A DNA stretch of 62,059 nt, the filler included. It is 4 parts of 4 records of this genome, joined end to end, with 100 filler letters (N's around TTAATTAATTAA, not from the genome) between each part and the next. Parts side by side here need not be neighbours in the genome. Positions count along the whole stretch, not along the records: positions 56,892 to 62,059 come from SRR20825019_1369; 3 more parts are not named here. One strand, 5' to 3'. Of this stretch, positions 60,174 through 62,059 are shown one piece after another (positions within the stretch are counted from its first letter, which is position 1; the number at the start of each line of letters is the position of its first letter). Under the pieces are notes generated by a model. That model worked only from the letters and a program-made list of their open reading frames with translations. It was not told the origin of the DNA and made no database searches. The position numbers and the translations under genes were made by a program.

Positions 60174-61084
60174 GCCGAATACTCCCCATTGCGATACCAG
60201 GTCTGGCCGATCTCGATTGCGGTGCCGTCGGCCTTGTCGATGGCCTTGATCCCCAGATTACTGTCAGACACTTCGAAGACCGAGCCGCCGCCATCCTGGG
60301 GCAACTCGTTCATGAAGAAGCCCCGGACATCCGAGCGTCGGCAGGTCAGGTCCGCGTGGTCTTCCACCTGGTAGGGACGATCGGAAAAGACCAAAGGTTC
60401 GACGCGCGTATAGGGTGGCACGGCATGGAGACGCTTTTCGCGGCCGGCCGAGAGGAAGGTCAGGTGCCTGGCCATATTGAGCTTGGGTACATCCCAGCGC
60501 GGGATCGGCGAGGGGGTCATCACGTGACGGCCGTTGACCATTGCGGGGTAGGAGGCGCCTTGCATGATGCGGCCCTTGCGCACGATCTGCTCGTAAAGCG
60601 TCAGCCAGAGTTTGCCGTAGTCGGCATCGGCATGCATCTGCCGGGCGATGGAGATGTTGGGCTCGACGCCGCGGAGTGGCTCAGGATTGGGCACTTGCAG
60701 CACCAGCACCTGATCGTCGCGCATGATTTCTTCGGGGATGCGGTGGCGGGATTGCACGATGGTTGCATCCAGCGTGTCCCAGGTTTCCGAGGCGCCGGAA
60801 ACGCGGGAAATGAAGCGGCGGATCGAGGCGGCGTTAACGCCGTCGTCAGCGCCCTGATCGATGACCTTCACGACCGAAGCAGAATTGACCAGGGTCAGCG
60901 TCACCTGCAGGCCACCGGTGCCCCAGCCGCGCGCCATGGGCACTTCGCGGCTGGCATAGGGCATCTGGCAGCCCGGCACGGCGATGGCTTTGAGCATCTT
61001 GCGCCGGAGTTCGCGCTTGGCCGAGGCATCGAGGAAACCGTAGCTGGTGGCGGCCCAATCTTTGGTCAGACTTGCAAGGCTCAT
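60170..61084 (-). CDS. phnJ: PhnJ homolog (C-P lyase subunit) lacking the radical-SAM cysteine motif
   Basis: 'KAIAVPG', 'GWGTGG', 'KVIDQGADD', 'Q.RHRIPE', 'PSPIP..D', 'AGREKR..AVPP'; only two Cys in the protein. Confidence 0.92.
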   Translation of the reverse strand: MSLASLTKDWAATSYGFLDASAKRELRRKMLKAIAVPGCQMPYASREVPMARGWGTGGLQVTLTLVNSASVVKVIDQGADDGVNAASIRRFISRVSGASETWDTLDATIVQSRHRIPEEIMRDDQVLVLQVPNPEPLRGVEPNISIARQMHADADYGKLWLTLYEQIVRKGRIMQGASYPAMVNGRHVMTPSPIPRWDVPKLNMARHLTFLSAGREKRLHAVPPYTRVEPLVFSDRPYQVEDHADLTCRRSDVRGFFMNELPQDGGGSVFEVSDSNLGIKAIDKADGTAIEIGQTWYRNGEYSA

Positions 61085-62059
61085 AGGACGGGTTCCTCTT
61101 CAGGTTCGGCGACGTAGACTTCGCCCTGGGCTTCGGCCGCAGCCTTTTTCGCCTTGGCGTCACGCATGGCATCCAGGATCGACTGGAAGGTCACGTAATG
61201 GGGCAGCTTGAAGTGAATGCAGAAGCCCGAGGCTTCGACACTTTCGGTGTGATAGAGGTAGAATTCCTCATGCACCGGCGAGCCGACGGGGGCTTCATCG
61301 GAGTTGAGGTCGAGGGTGGCGGCGGCAATCACCTTGACCTCGTTCCAGCCGAAAGTGGCGGCAAAGCCCAGTTCGAGATAGCCGCCCTTTTCCTTGGAGG
61401 TCACTTCGGCCTGGCTGACGCGCACGCGTCCGGCCGAGAATTCCGTGCCGCGCGGATGCCGGACCACCACATTGGCTTCGCCCAGGCGCAATTCGTTGAC
61501 CGTGGGGTGGGCATTGCCATAGCCGCGCATGGCGGCATAGCCGAGCGCCAATACGCCGCCGGTTTCGGCGCGGGCAAGGCTTTGCAGGCGATGGGCGCGC
61601 GAGGCCGGAAAGAGCAGGGGTTCACGCGTCAGGTCCGGAATGTCCTCCGGCGAAACCGCGGACGGATTGGCCGGAGCGACCAGCCCCTGCTGACGCTGCC
61701 AATCGGCCAGCGAGGGCTGCTTTGCCGGAGCCGGGCTCGGGGCCTTGTCGACGGCGGGCGACGCGAAAGGCTTGCCTTCGAGCACGTCGGTCGCCAGCAC
61801 ACGGTGGGAATAATCGAGCGTTGGCCCGAGGATCTGTCCACCTGGAATATCCTTGAAGGCGGCCGAGATGCGGCGCTGGGTCAGGACTTCGTCCTGCTTG
61901 ACCGGACGGGCGATGGCGAGACGTGGCTGGGTCGTGCGCCAGGCGCGCAGCACCAGCACGGCCTCGGAGAGTTCCCCGCCAGTCTGCGCCAGCGCCAATG
62001 CGGCCAGTTCCTCGTCATAGAGCGACGCTTCGCCCATCACCCGGTCGATCAGATAGGGC
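61081..62059 (-). CDS. phnI: C-P lyase subunit PhnI (N-terminus beyond window end)
   Basis: 'DRVMGEASLYD..LAALA', 'LRAWRTT', 'RRISAAFKDIPGGQILGPT.DY.HR', 'RGYG.HP', 'VEASGF..H.KLPHYV.FQ'. Confidence 0.92.
   Translation of the reverse strand, partial: PYLIDRVMGEASLYDEELAALALAQTGGELSEAVLVLRAWRTTQPRLAIARPVKQDEVLTQRRISAAFKDIPGGQILGPTLDYSHRVLATDVLEGKPFASPAVDKAPSPAPAKQPSLADWQRQQGLVAPANPSAVSPEDIPDLTREPLLFPASRAHRLQSLARAETGGVLALGYAAMRGYGNAHPTVNELRLGEANVVVRHPRGTEFSAGRVRVSQAEVTSKEKGGYLELGFAATFGWNEVKVIAAATLDLNSDEAPVGSPVHEEFYLYHTESVEASGFCIHFKLPHYVTFQSILDAMRDAKAKKAAAEAQGEVYVAEPEEEPVL

Noticed and set aside
60241-60345. Frameshift or pseudogene explanation for the missing PhnJ cysteines
   Set aside because: Re-reading the codons shows a continuous frame with residual similarity through the region and a proper ATGA overlap with phnK; three independent substitutions are needed.

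Overview
The window is four unrelated or unlinked contigs joined by artificial 100-nt linkers (N44-TTAATTAATTAA-N44 at 28266-28365, 47706-47805 and 56792-56891). Contigs 1 and 2 (1-28265, 28366-47705) are GC-rich alphaproteobacterial (Rhodospirillales-like) housekeeping and metabolic DNA: TAXI-TRAP transporter, acyl-CoA dehydrogenase, hsp20, tsaC, cysQ, a PAS-GGDEF-EAL protein, copA-cueR-cytochrome c, manC-bluB, pobA/pobR, capD/wbpL-type glycan genes, rpe and rsmB. Contig 3 (47806-56791) looks verrucomicrobial: pnuC, hslO, and two autotransporter-repeat surface proteins (one with a visible PEP-CTERM tail), each next to its own cytoplasmic regulator and a candidate operator. Contig 4 (56892-62059) is a C-P lyase-like operon, phnI-J-K-L-M-C. 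The most striking signal is its PhnJ. It is full length and in frame, but it has lost two of the three [4Fe-4S] radical-SAM cysteines and the catalytic thiyl cysteine. It keeps the glycyl-radical Gly and the PhnI/PhnJ His triad, which suggests a non-canonical, possibly non-radical, phosphorus-scavenging machine. Several regulatory sites can be read directly: a CueR promoter, a 26-bp TetR palindrome, an FNR/FixK-like box, an alphaproteobacterial LexA box, and NarL-like and AraC-like repeats. All family assignments come from motif recognition and memory; no database search was run.
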